A stretch of 64,000 nucleotides of DNA, from positions 1,178,001-1,242,000 of the forward strand of contig NC_043003.1 of assembly GCF_006345805.1 (NCBI RefSeq), read 5' to 3'. Positions 24,036 to 35,315 of the stretch are shown here, one piece after another. The position numbers and the translations under genes are program-made. Under the pieces are notes generated by a model, which was not told the DNA's origin, made no database searches, and saw only the letters and a program-made list of their open reading frames with translations. Source of the DNA: Octopus sinensis (Eukaryota). Positions within the stretch are counted from its first letter, which is position 1; every line of letters begins with the position of its first letter.

Positions 24036-24699
24036 CCAATATATACTAGAGGAAAAAGGACAACAAAACAAAGGCAGGACGAGTATCGCAAATCCTTTAG
24101 TTGTCCTTTTTTCTCTTATATGTACCTACTAACCCAGAAACCTACAACTCATCCCTAGCTCCGGCCTCAACTGTGAACTTGGAACCTAAAGGATAACTAA
24201 TTATAGCACTTACACAGCGTGCCTATTCGTTTAGATCACCAGTGAGTTAAAGCCCATCGTATTCTTTATATATATATCCTGTCATTTATTTTCTCGGTCC
24301 GCTGTTCCAGAGAGTGTCGAAGGAGGAGAGTCCTCAGGCACCGCCTCCTTAATATCGAACAGAAGCAACCGTCGTTACCTCCTGTTTGTGAGTCGAGTTG
24401 TTATGAAAAGAATCTGGCATTAAACTGAAGGATTGCTCAGTGTTTTTGTCGAGTACATATTCATTGCACTTTAACAAGAATGGTGATGACAGTGACATCG
24501 AAGTTTCGACACTAAATCGGCTGAAACTCTGTATACACAATGTGCATTGCAGATGTTTTGAGAATTAACTGTCCTGGATACTCGTAATTTTAATATGACA
24601 TTACAATACATCTAAAAAGCTGACCGGCCAACTTTTGCTATTCCAGGTTGGAGGAGGCGGCGGCAGCAGTCGTTTGACCACAGCTGGCGAGTTTCCAGA

Positions 24700-24770
24700 A
24701 TGCCGTCAGGATGTGAAGACAACTTGGAAGCTCGATCTACGATAAAGTTTTGTCTTTAAACTAGACAAAT
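24700..24770 (+). pseudogene. Mariner transposase N-terminal remnant, cut by a SINE
   Basis: MPSGCEDNLEARSTIKFC/FKLDK resembles the mariner start E.R..IKFC.KLGK. Confidence 0.5.
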
Positions 24771-24927
24771 AGGCGCTGGAGTGGCTGTGTGGTAAGCAGC
24801 TTGCTTACGAACCACCTGGATCCGGGTTCAGTCTCACTGTGTGGCACCTTCAGCAAGTGTCTTCTACTATAACTTCGGGCCAACCAAAGCCTTGTGAGTG
24901 GATTTGGTAGACGAAAACTGAAAAAAA

Positions 24928-24975
<48 letters not shown>

Positions 24976-25295
24976 TTTGCGTCTGCGTTTGTCTTCCTGT
25001 CCCCGTAAGCTAGCGGTTCGGCAAAAGAAACCAATAGAATAAGTGCTTGGCTTACAAAGAATAAGTCCAGGGATCGATTTCTTCGACTAAAATCTTTTAA
25101 GGCAGTGCTCCAGCATGGCCGCAGTCAAATGACTGAAACAAGTAAAAGGATAAAAGAACAAATCTACCCCTGGACCTATTCTCTGTAAGCCTAGTACTTA
25201 TTCTATCGGTGTATTTAGCTGAACCGCTAAGTTACGGGGATGTGAGCACACCAACATCGGTTACCAAGCGATGGTAGGGGGACAAAGAGACACAC

Positions 25296-25347
<52 letters not shown>

Positions 25348-25358
25348 AGCCCGTCGTG

Positions 25359-25391
<33 letters not shown>

Positions 25392-25555
25392 CACGACGGG
25401 CTTCTTTCAGTTTCCATCTACCAAATCCACTCACAAGGCTTTGGTCGGCCCGAAGCTATAGTAGAAGACACTGGTCCAAGGTACCACGCAGTGGGACTGA
25501 ACCCGGAACCATGTGGTTGGTAAGCAAGCTCTACCACACAGCCACTCCTGTGCCT
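24771..25555. mobile_element. Two family A SINEs, tail to tail (+ 24771-25158, - 25165-25555)
   Basis: Opposite-orientation adjacent copies. Confidence 0.85.
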
Positions 25556-25563
25556 ATATATAT

Positions 25564-25620
<57 letters not shown>

Positions 25621-25651
25621 GATATATATAGTATAGATATGATATATAGAT

Positions 25652-25701
<50 letters not shown>

Positions 25702-26724
25702 TGAGAATATGTTGTCTATTGACTTTTTATACATGTTAGGCCACTTGTAGTGAAATTTCTAAAAATATTCGCTACCCTATATATTTTTACGTATATGAGT
25801 TTAGCATTTCGAAGATCGGTTCGGCGTTCTTCATCTACTTCCGACTGAAAATGCGCTTGCGCGGTGAATTTTGAAAAATTATAACATATAATGATGAGAC
25901 ACCTGCTATTTGTCTCTAAATTATATGTTAATTGTTAAGGCACGGTTACTGATGAGAATTTCGCCTGGCAAATTATTTTATTTGCTAAAAAAATTCGAAA
26001 CCTAGGCATAACCGTAAAAATATAACAAGGTAAAAGTTTTTATTTTTATTCCCTTCGAAAATTGCTCTTAAATGACGCTTTGGTCGTTTTGGCTGCCTCT
26101 TCTGTTACAGATAGTTTCTCTTTTGTTTAAATGTACACTATATATATATATAGATTGTTCTGTTTATCTAGTTAGCCTTGATATTAACTCTCACGCGACT
26201 CTGCATCTTTCTTTCTTTCTCTCCCATTCCCTTTTTCGTCTTTTTTCCCTCACTTAACTTGTCTCTTCCTCTCTCTCTCATTCTTCATTCTCTCTCTCCC
26301 TTTCACCATTCTTCATGGTCTCCTCGCACCATTCCCCTTCTTCTCTCTCTTCCTCTTGCTCCTCCTCCTCCCCCATTCCCGTCGTCCATCTGCGACGATA
26401 CTTCCGTCGTAACTGCTATCCTGTCTTTTCTCGCCCGCCTTCTAAGGCTACGGTCGACATTTTTTCTCTCTCGTCGTCACTTAATCCAGCGTTTGCAATA
26501 CTTTTTTCGTCTGGCGTTAACAGCCCCTCTATCTGTTCTCCTTGTCCTGTCTCTCACTGTATATATTTATTTTTCCACTGTTTATATATATATTTTTTAC
26601 TGTTTATATTTTTTGTACTGTCTTCCGTCTTGCTTTTTTTACCCCTCTGCGAAAAGATCTCAGAATTTTAATTGATTTGCTTTTCGCAGGAAGGAAGTTT
26701 CTTCGAAGTATACGTCTCGCTTTT

Positions 26725-26774
26725 ATCCTTCGAAACGTTTAGTAGATGAAACCTTAGCGACTGAAGAAGGGGAT
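26725..26774 (+). ncRNA. Type II-like hammerhead motif, degenerate
   Basis: ATCCTTC-GAAA-C-GTT-TAGT..GCGA-CTGAAGA-A-GGGGAT: GAAA precedes CUGANGA. Stems I and II are imperfect. Confidence 0.45.
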
Positions 26775-26964
26775 TTTTCGTTGTGCTTATTGTCCTGTAT
26801 CTCTTTTTTTGCTTGTCTTGTTCCTTGGTTTGTGTCTATGTTTTTCGTCTCTCTATGTGTTCGACGTCTTTTGGTGTCCTGTACACATATATGCGTGTAT
26901 ATGTACATGTAGTAGGTAGGTACGTACAGATATGTTTATATATATGCATATGTTCTATTTTATT

Positions 26965-27043
<79 letters not shown>

Positions 27044-27797
27044 ATACATACACTATATGGGTTTCCACTGTTTCCGTCTACCGAATTCCCTATTCGGCCC
27101 GAAACTGTAGTAGAAGAGAGGCGCTTGCCTAACGTACCGCACAGGAGGGCGGAAATCGATGCCACGTATATCCACAGAAGTGCAGACATACACAATCACA
27201 CAGAGACGCGCTCACGGACACACACACAAGCACTCCTTCGATTTAGAGAGAGCGAAAAAGATAAATAGAGTGAAAGAACGGAGAGAGAAAAGCTGCTTCT
27301 ATTCCTCCCGCTCCCCCTCTTCCTCCTCCTCCTTCTCCTCCTACTACCACCACCATCACCGCTACTACTACTGCTGCTGCTACGCTACAGCGATGTAAGG
27401 CTTGAAGCCAGATTTATCGCCTGCGCGCCGGAATAAACAGATGACATTTTCACGAAGGAAGCCAGCTTACGTGCTGCATTTCATCTAACTTTGCTGAGCA
27501 GCAGATTTCAATGTGACAAAGACAAACTATGAATGATACCCTGAGTATCAATTTCTCTCTATATTTCTTTTCTTTGTTCTCTAAGTTTTGAATACGGATT
27601 TTTTCCGCTGAAATACCAGCTTCAAGCTACGCATCATTGTATGAGTTTATTGGAGAAGATGGTGATACAATTGCACTGGACAGCATTGTGTTATTCCTTC
27701 AATCGTGTTGACGGGAAATATCCAACGATCTGTATATCGTATTTCATTTACATATATATTTATGTAAATGTGTGGGAGAAGGCTAAATCAAGCGTGG

Positions 27798-27829
<32 letters not shown>

Positions 27830-27830
<1 letters not shown>

Positions 27831-28232
27831 TACAGCCCCATACTCAACTCGTCCTGTCGAAAGACCCTTGTCCTACGTCCTGGTTTTGTTTTGTTGTTTT
27901 TTTTTATTTTTACCGTTATTGTTTTTTACGTTTTGTATTCTTATTGGTGTCACGTATTCTGTATTTGTTTCGTGTACTTCGTTTTCGTTTTCCGTCCTCG
28001 TGTTGTATACATTCGAAGCTTTCTTCCAGGGGATCTAATGCGCTTGGCTTAGATTTCCCTTGGCGGGCTGGCCATATCGGAGCAATCTCAAGATTAATCA
28101 GCCGAAATTGCTAATGATCTGGTTCTTGACTGATGACTGAGGGCTTCGAATGTCCCGGTCCTGTGGTTCTTGTGTCGTCTCTGTGGTGTTTTCATGTTCT
28201 TGTCCATGTCTGTAATTATTTTTTACTGTTTA

Positions 28233-28235
<3 letters not shown>
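27830..28235 (+). mobile_element. PLE-like 3' module between (TA)n arrays, with a structured ~145-nt core containing hammerhead strands
   Basis: Closing helix ACATTCGAAGC(28009)/GCTTCGAATGT(28153), GCAAT-C-TCAAGA, CAGCC-GAAA-TTGC, TCTTGA-CTGATGA. Related copies at 10097-10218 (-) and 56182-56365 (+). Confidence 0.65.
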
Positions 28236-28275
<40 letters not shown>

Positions 28276-28349
28276 TATATATATATTATATATATATATA
28301 TATAGTATATAATTACAAACATAAATACATACATACATACATGTTTTTT

Positions 28350-28680
28350 TGGCACTCCGTCGGTTACGACGACGAGGGTTCCAGTTAATCCAATCAACAG
28401 AACAGACTGCTCGTGAAATTAACGTGCAAGTGGCTGAGCACTCCACAGAGACGTGACACAGAGTGTGACAAGGCTGGCCCTTTTAAATACGGGGGCAACA
28501 GAAACAGAAAGAAAGAATGAGAGAAAGTTGTGGTGAAAGAGTAGAGCAGGGTTCGCCACCACCCACTGCCGGAGCCTCGTAGAGCTTTAGGTGTTTTCGC
28601 TCAATAAACACTCACAACACCTGGTGTGGAAATCGAAACCGCGAGTCCACTGCCCTTACCACTGGGCCATTGCGCCTCCA
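28350..28680 (-). mobile_element. tRNA-derived SINE (family C)
   Basis: GGAGGCGCAATGGCCCAGTGGTAAGGGC head and TTTCGATTTCC B box. Second copy at 63585-63955. Confidence 0.8.
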
Positions 28681-28684
28681 CACA

Positions 28685-28717
<33 letters not shown>

Positions 28718-28729
28718 GTGTGTGTATAG

Positions 28730-28823
<94 letters not shown>

Positions 28824-30748
28824 GGCGAGCTGGTAGAATCGTTAGCACACCGGGCGAAATGCTTAACGGTATTTCGTCCATCTTTACATTCTGAGTTCAA
28901 ATCCCGCCGAAGGTGACTTTCCCTTTCATCCTTTCGGTGTCGATAAATTAAGTACCAGTTAAGTACTGAGCTCGATCTATATCAATCATATATGAACAAT
29001 GTAAATTAAAATATGGCTTGGACTCTCATAAATATTCACTAGAAAACTGAAAACGCTACTTAGATGACTGCCTGATTTCGTGGACGCATACGGCAAAAGC
29101 CTTGTGAGTGGATTTGATAGAAGGAAATTAAAAGAAGCCCGTCGCATATACATATGTGAGTGGTGTGTGTCTGTATTTGCCCCTTACCCCACCAACATCA
29201 CTTAACAACCGATGTTGGTGTGTTCACGTCCCCGTAAATTAGCGGTTCGGCAAAATAGACCGATAGAATACGTACTAGGCTTGCAAAGAATAAGTCCTGG
29301 GGTAGATTTGTTCGACTAAAAGGCGGTGCTCCAGCATGGCCACAGTCAAATGACTGAAACTGGTAAAAGTAAAAGAATAAACTATATTCACCAACAACTA
29401 TTTGTGCGTCTATGTAGTCTGGTGGTCGGTTTTCGATGCAAAAATATTGTCTCACGTCAACGCACAGACTTCGCGGAGAACATTACAAAAATGTCTAAGA
29501 TCACTGGTAATCCTGAGATCTACTACATTTGACGGATAAAATTCAGACATCCCTGACTGCTAGAGATTGGAGCCAGTCATGTTCACTCAACCGTGACAGC
29601 CTTAACTAACGATACCAAACATATTGTCACCACATGACATTAAAGAACTGACAAAAAATTCTAAACCCGATCACCTGATCATCCTTGACGAATCAAAACG
29701 TATCTAAAGCATACTATTTTGAGATATGTTCGCACTATGAAAAAGAAGGCAATTTTTGAAATCCAGTCAGAAACAAGACAGTTGCAGCATATCTCGACGT
29801 CTTTCTGTCTCAACGTATGAAAATAACAGAGTCTGTGAAACCGGTTAAGTTTTTACTGTATTTTAGAATATAAAGTCTAAAACAAATCCCAGTGCATTTT
29901 CAATTTCTTTTATCTATATTTTTACCCGTGTGAGATAAAATAACTTTGTTATATATATATACTTTGTATTATATACAAACAAGCATCACGGTAGGCCAAC
30001 AACAGAGGGAGAAGCAGTTTGTCAAGTTTTACCTTCCTCTCTAAGCAACATAGAGATTTCAATTCAGCAGCCCATCTGTAACTTTTGCAGTGTGTTTGTG
30101 TGAGAGAGGGAGAGAGGGGGGGGAGAACATTGCAAACAATGAATGGAATAAATGTGAAATTAAAAAATCGTATAAATAAAAGAGCGTTACTACAGATGTG
30201 TACGCTCCGACTTTGTTGACTCAAGACATCCAGAAAAATGGATACTTTTTAGCAAAATTTTCTACAAATACCGCTTAGATGTTGTGGCTTCAGAGTATAC
30301 AGGGATTTATTAGAAAGAATTTTTCCGTGGGGGTGGAGAGAGGAGTTTTGGAAAATGCACACAATCTGACTGTTTTCCTACATAATTTTCAGGAAGATGG
30401 GTATTTTTTTAATGAAAATTTATACAAATCCCTTTCAAACAGCATAGATTACAATTATAAAGAAATTTGTGGGGAAATTTCTCGTGGATTTTCCCCATTT
30501 TTTTTAAAACCACAGCCTTTGAAATGATGGAGTGGGGATGGGATACATCTTTAACTGAAAAAAGTTTTGAAAACACTTTTTTGTACACAAACCCCTGGCG
30601 AGTAAAAGGTGTTTCTCTTGTTTATTATTGGAGAAATAAACCAGTTACTGATGTAGGCTGGAGAAGTCGGCATATTTCAAGTGGAAGGCGTTCAAACCAG
30701 ACTTTTTAAACGGTTCTCTACACCTGCACGTCCGATGTTGACGGTACC

Positions 30749-30792
30749 ATGTATGTATGTATGTATGTTATGTATGTATGTATGTATGTATG

Positions 30793-30826
<34 letters not shown>

Positions 30827-30828
30827 TG

Positions 30829-30861
<33 letters not shown>

Positions 30862-31214
30862 TTGTATACATACATACATACATGCATACATACATACATA
30901 CATACATACATACATGCATACACACACATACATGCATACATATATACATACATACATACATACATACATACGTACACACACACACATACATACATCCACA
31001 CACACATACATACACACACACACACATACATACACACACACAAACATACATACATACATACATACATACATACACACACATACATACATACACACACACA
31101 CACATACATACACACACACATACATACACACACACATACATACATACATACACACATACACACACACACATACATACATACATACACACATACATACATA
31201 CATACATACATACA

Positions 31215-31245
<31 letters not shown>
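30749..31245. repeat. (TATG)n switching to (TACA)n/(CA)n microsatellite
   Basis: Direct reading. The strand switch at ~30865 makes the array self-complementary. Confidence 0.95.
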
Positions 31246-31346
31246 GCAACTCGATAATAAACGATAAATCAACGAAATGCCGAAGGGTCATTAGCGGTGG
31301 GACATCCACAATATCAGTTTGACGCTAGTTGAAAGGTTATATATAT

Positions 31347-31752
31347 TTCTTTTATTCTTGTACTTGTTGCAGTCATTTGACTGCGGCCATGCTGGAGCAC
31401 CGCCTTTACTCGAGCAACTCGACCCCGGGACTTATTCTTTGTAAGCCCAGTACTTATTCTATCGGTCTCGTTTGCCGAACCGCTAAGTAACGGGGACATA
31501 AACACACCAGCATCGGTTGTCAAGCAATGCTAGGAGGACAAACACAGACACAAACACACACACGCATATATATATATATACATATATACGACAGGCTTCT
31601 TTTAGTTTCCGTCTACCAAATCCACTCACAAGGCTTTGGTCGGCCCGAGGCTATAGTAGAAGGCACTTGCCCAAGGTGCCACGTAGTGGGACTGAATCCG
31701 GAACCATGTGGTTGGTAAACAAGCTACTTACCACTCAGCCACTCCTGCGCCT
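31347..31752 (-). mobile_element. SINE family A, full length
   Basis: AGGCGCAGGAGTGGCTGAGTGGTAAG head through to the tail. Confidence 0.9.
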
Positions 31753-31770
31753 ATATATATATATATTATA

Positions 31771-31842
<72 letters not shown>

Positions 31843-31844
<2 letters not shown>

Positions 31845-32368
31845 TGGCAGATGTTAGGGGTGATGTGGTTGCAGAAATTGTTGACAGCTATGACAGGATT
31901 CTCTTGTTTGTGTGGCATGGTGCAGAGTCCTGTGGCCCGACAGAGGGCGTTCCAGCAGGCTCCGTCTTGACTCAGGGCAGCATTGCCTCCTCCAAGCATT
32001 TGATGTAGGCCTCCGTGCTGAGTCTGAAGCCGTGTGCGAAGATGAATGAAGGCATAACGTCTCCATCACTAGTGATCGCTCCAAACACCATGATATTGAC
32101 TGGATGTTTGATTTTATCACTCTTGGTACATGTTTTGGGTGTCAGATTGACACCCAAACACTGAAATGTTCGTATTGGACCTTCTGGTGCGAATACCAAG
32201 TAGTACAGAATGTCGTTTCCAAATTTCTGGCAGAATGAATTGCATTAGGGTGCTATTTTCTCACAGACGGTGCCCAACTGACCATACTATACTGTTTTAT
32301 CGACAAAATCAAGAACAAACAACGCGCATGCGCGAAATTAAAAATGACAATTATCCATCGCACCCTAT
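31843..32368 (-). mobile_element. Internally deleted Tc1/mariner (maT/DD37D-like) transposon
   Basis: IMVFGAITSDGDVMPSFIFAHGFRLSTEAYIKCLEE and QQDSAPCH..NFCNHITPNIC (catalytic-domain region), N-terminal EIWKRHSVLLGIR, and terminus TAGGGTGCG. Confidence 0.8.
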
Positions 32369-32408
32369 CTATCTATCTATCTATATATATAATATATATA
32401 TATATAAT

Positions 32409-32455
<47 letters not shown>

Positions 32456-33336
32456 CATACATACATACATACATACATACATACATACATACATACGACA
32501 ACATACATACATACATACATACATACATACATAATTACACGTATTAATATATACTTCCAAGCGGATATAAGTGGAGCGTAGTTTCGTATCTGTGTGTATG
32601 TGAATGCGTGTTTAAGTAGTACTTGTATAGTGTGTTACGGTATGCATATGTGTGTAGCGCGTGCGCGCGGTGTATGTGTGTGCCTGCATGTGTGCACAAG
32701 TGTGTGTGTGCCTGCATGTGTGCACATGTGTGTGTATGCACAAGTGCATATGTGTGCAAGATTACTCTTATATATCGACATATGTATATGAACGTCTCTC
32801 CTTCCTTCCCGAAATAAGTTCTACCAATCATATGTCATCTTCATTTTTAAATAAATCAAGTTGTCTCCCACCCCGGCCCTATTTTGTATGAAAATTAATG
32901 AAATCCTTTGGAAACCGATAATAGAAAACCAAACTAATCATATTTAACGGCAGCCATTCGCTGTCATTCGAAAAGACTATTGTCTCTATCACTCACACCT
33001 TAAGTTATCTTTCCAAAGTGTTGGCTTTTCAAAACTTAGTTATCTTTCGAACGCCACAAACCTTATTTATCCAGAGTCTTTATTTTATTGATGATATGAT
33101 TACAGTAATTTAGACTTTGTCACGGGATTAAGAAGATCGCCTTGCAACACCTGGATTCCGTTTCAGTCCCACAACGCGGCACTGAAGGCCGACCAATGCT
33201 TTGGGAATGAATTCGGTCGACGAAAAACTCTGAGGAGTCTGCTGTATATACATATATACATATACTTACTACTACATACATACATAGATACATACATACA
33301 TACATACATACCTACATACATACATACATAATATAT

Positions 33337-33410
<74 letters not shown>

Positions 33411-33449
33411 ATATATATATGGGTGTGTGTGATTGTGTATAGAAGAATA

Positions 33450-35315
33450 TATTAATAAAAGGAATTCCAACCTTGTCTGATTTTCACGTTTTATTTACAA
33501 TCTTATAATGATATATTATAAGATACTATATTATAATTGAATAAATAAAATGAAATAGTAGAATGTTAAATGTTCATTCTGATTGAACTAGTACTTTCAT
33601 GCATTAAATTCTGCAATCTTCGGGTTCATGTAGTAGTGTTGACAGTCATGCTTCACAATTTTTGACTGTAGCAAGATGATTGATTCTGTGCTATAAATAC
33701 AGCTGGGTAGGCTCCAGAGTGCTAGGTTTTGCAAACTGTATTCTGACCAATCAGTGTGTAGTGTCACTCAATTACTTAAGCTGATTGGTTGGTTGAGCTG
33801 ATTGGTTTAGGCATCACGCGTTGTTGGACATGTCAAGAGTCCTGTATCTTGACCCTGGCCGAAGCAGCAATTGTTGGGTTATTTTTAGAAATGTGTAAAT
33901 ATCCTTTGTCAGAGATTTTTATTTTTATATTTCAATTGTCATCATCATCATTGTCAGCACCTTAATTATTGTTGCTAGTGGTGATGGTGGTGGCAATAGA
34001 ACTTTTAACCCTAAGTAAGATAATTTTCCTGCTATCTTCATCTTGATCACCTTTAGTATTGTTGTTGTTGTTAGTGGTCATGGTCGTAGCAGTGGAAGTA
34101 ATACCTCTAAGTATTATTATTATTGCTTATTTAGCTTGGGTTCGAATTTATCAATAAAATTCTTTTCTCTGATTTTCCTCTCGATTTCACTTGGGCTGTG
34201 TAATTTGTAGAACGGAAATATTATATACATTTTCCGGCCACATGTTGCTAGGTGGTTACTCAAAGGTATCTGACGGACCTCTGGGTCTCTAATCTGTTGC
34301 CGGTGTACACGTGAGCGTTCTAATAGTGCGTTTCCCGTCTGACCTACATATATTTCTTCACAATTTGGGCATTTGATGCAGTAAATTAAATTTCTGCTTT
34401 TGCAGTTCATATTCGCGTTTGTGAATATTTTCCCGGTTTTTGTGTTTATATATTGACCGGTATGTATGAATTGGCATGTGCCACATCGGCTATCATTGCA
34501 TTTAGATACCGTGAATGTTTGGTCTTTGTTGCTAAGGTCAAATTTTGCCTTTGTTAGTAATGTTTTCAAGTTTTTAGGCTGTCTTTACTAAGTACCATAG
34601 CTCGATCCGTGATTATGTCTTTTAATTCATTACTTTGGGCAATGATTGGTAGGTTTGCTTTGGCAATGTTGAAGATATTCTGGTGACATGGGTTGTGTGT
34701 CACTATGAATGGTATGACTTGTTCTTGTTTTCCTCTTCCTTGGGTTGTCCTAAGTTGTTGTATGGGTATTTTATAGCCCGCTGTATGCCATTTTCTATAT
34801 GTAGAGATGGGTATTTTGTTTTTGAGCAAAAATTCTCTTAGTTCTATTAGGCGTTTGTTCCTGATATTTGCATCTTCTACAATGGTACAAATTCTTCTGG
34901 CTAGGCAGTATGGGATGTTACGTTTTGTATGTGGTGGATGGCACGACTTAAAATTTAGGTATTGATGTGTGTCTGTGTGTTTATAGTATATATCTGTGGT
35001 GATGGTGGTGTCTTTTTTAATTACCATTATATCTAGGAATGGTAATTTGGTACTACTCATCTCCTTTGTAAATTGGAGAGATGAGTGTAGGTTGTTCAGG
35101 AGGATATTAAACTCTTCCAGAGTATTTAGAGATTCTGTCCAGATTATGAAGAGTCGTCTCTTCCATGCCTTTTCAATATACTTTCTTTTAACATTTAACA
35201 TTCTACTATTTCATTTTATTTTATTCAATTATAATATATTATCTTATAATGTATCATTATAAGATTGTAAATAAAACGTGAAAATCAGACAAGGTTGGAA
35301 TTCCTTTTATTAATA
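33450..35315 (-). mobile_element. Naiad/Neptune-type PLE, 5'-truncated, with an inverted copy of its 3' terminus
   Basis: RT thumb LPFLDI..TDIYYKHTDTHQYL..SCHPPH..IPYCLARRI (34566-35160). CxxxRCxTC linker and GIY-YIG LIYCIKCPNCEEIYVGQT..PKLN (34120-34569). 33450-33574 is the reverse complement of ~35190-35315. Confidence 0.92.
33584..33628 (-). ncRNA. Minimal type I hammerhead in the PLE 3' UTR (U4 changed to C)
   Basis: TGAAC-CCGAAGA-T-TGCA-GAATTTAA-TGCA-T-GAAA-GTAC-TA-GTTCA, with palindromic stem III AGTACT. Confidence 0.75.

Noticed and set aside
28100-28160. HDV-like ribozyme suggested by CGAAUG
   Set aside because: I could not build P1, P2 and P3, and the segment pairs with upstream ACATTCGAAGC instead.
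30681-31322. Six overlapping MYVC/HTYI ORFs
   Set aside because: Microsatellite artefact.
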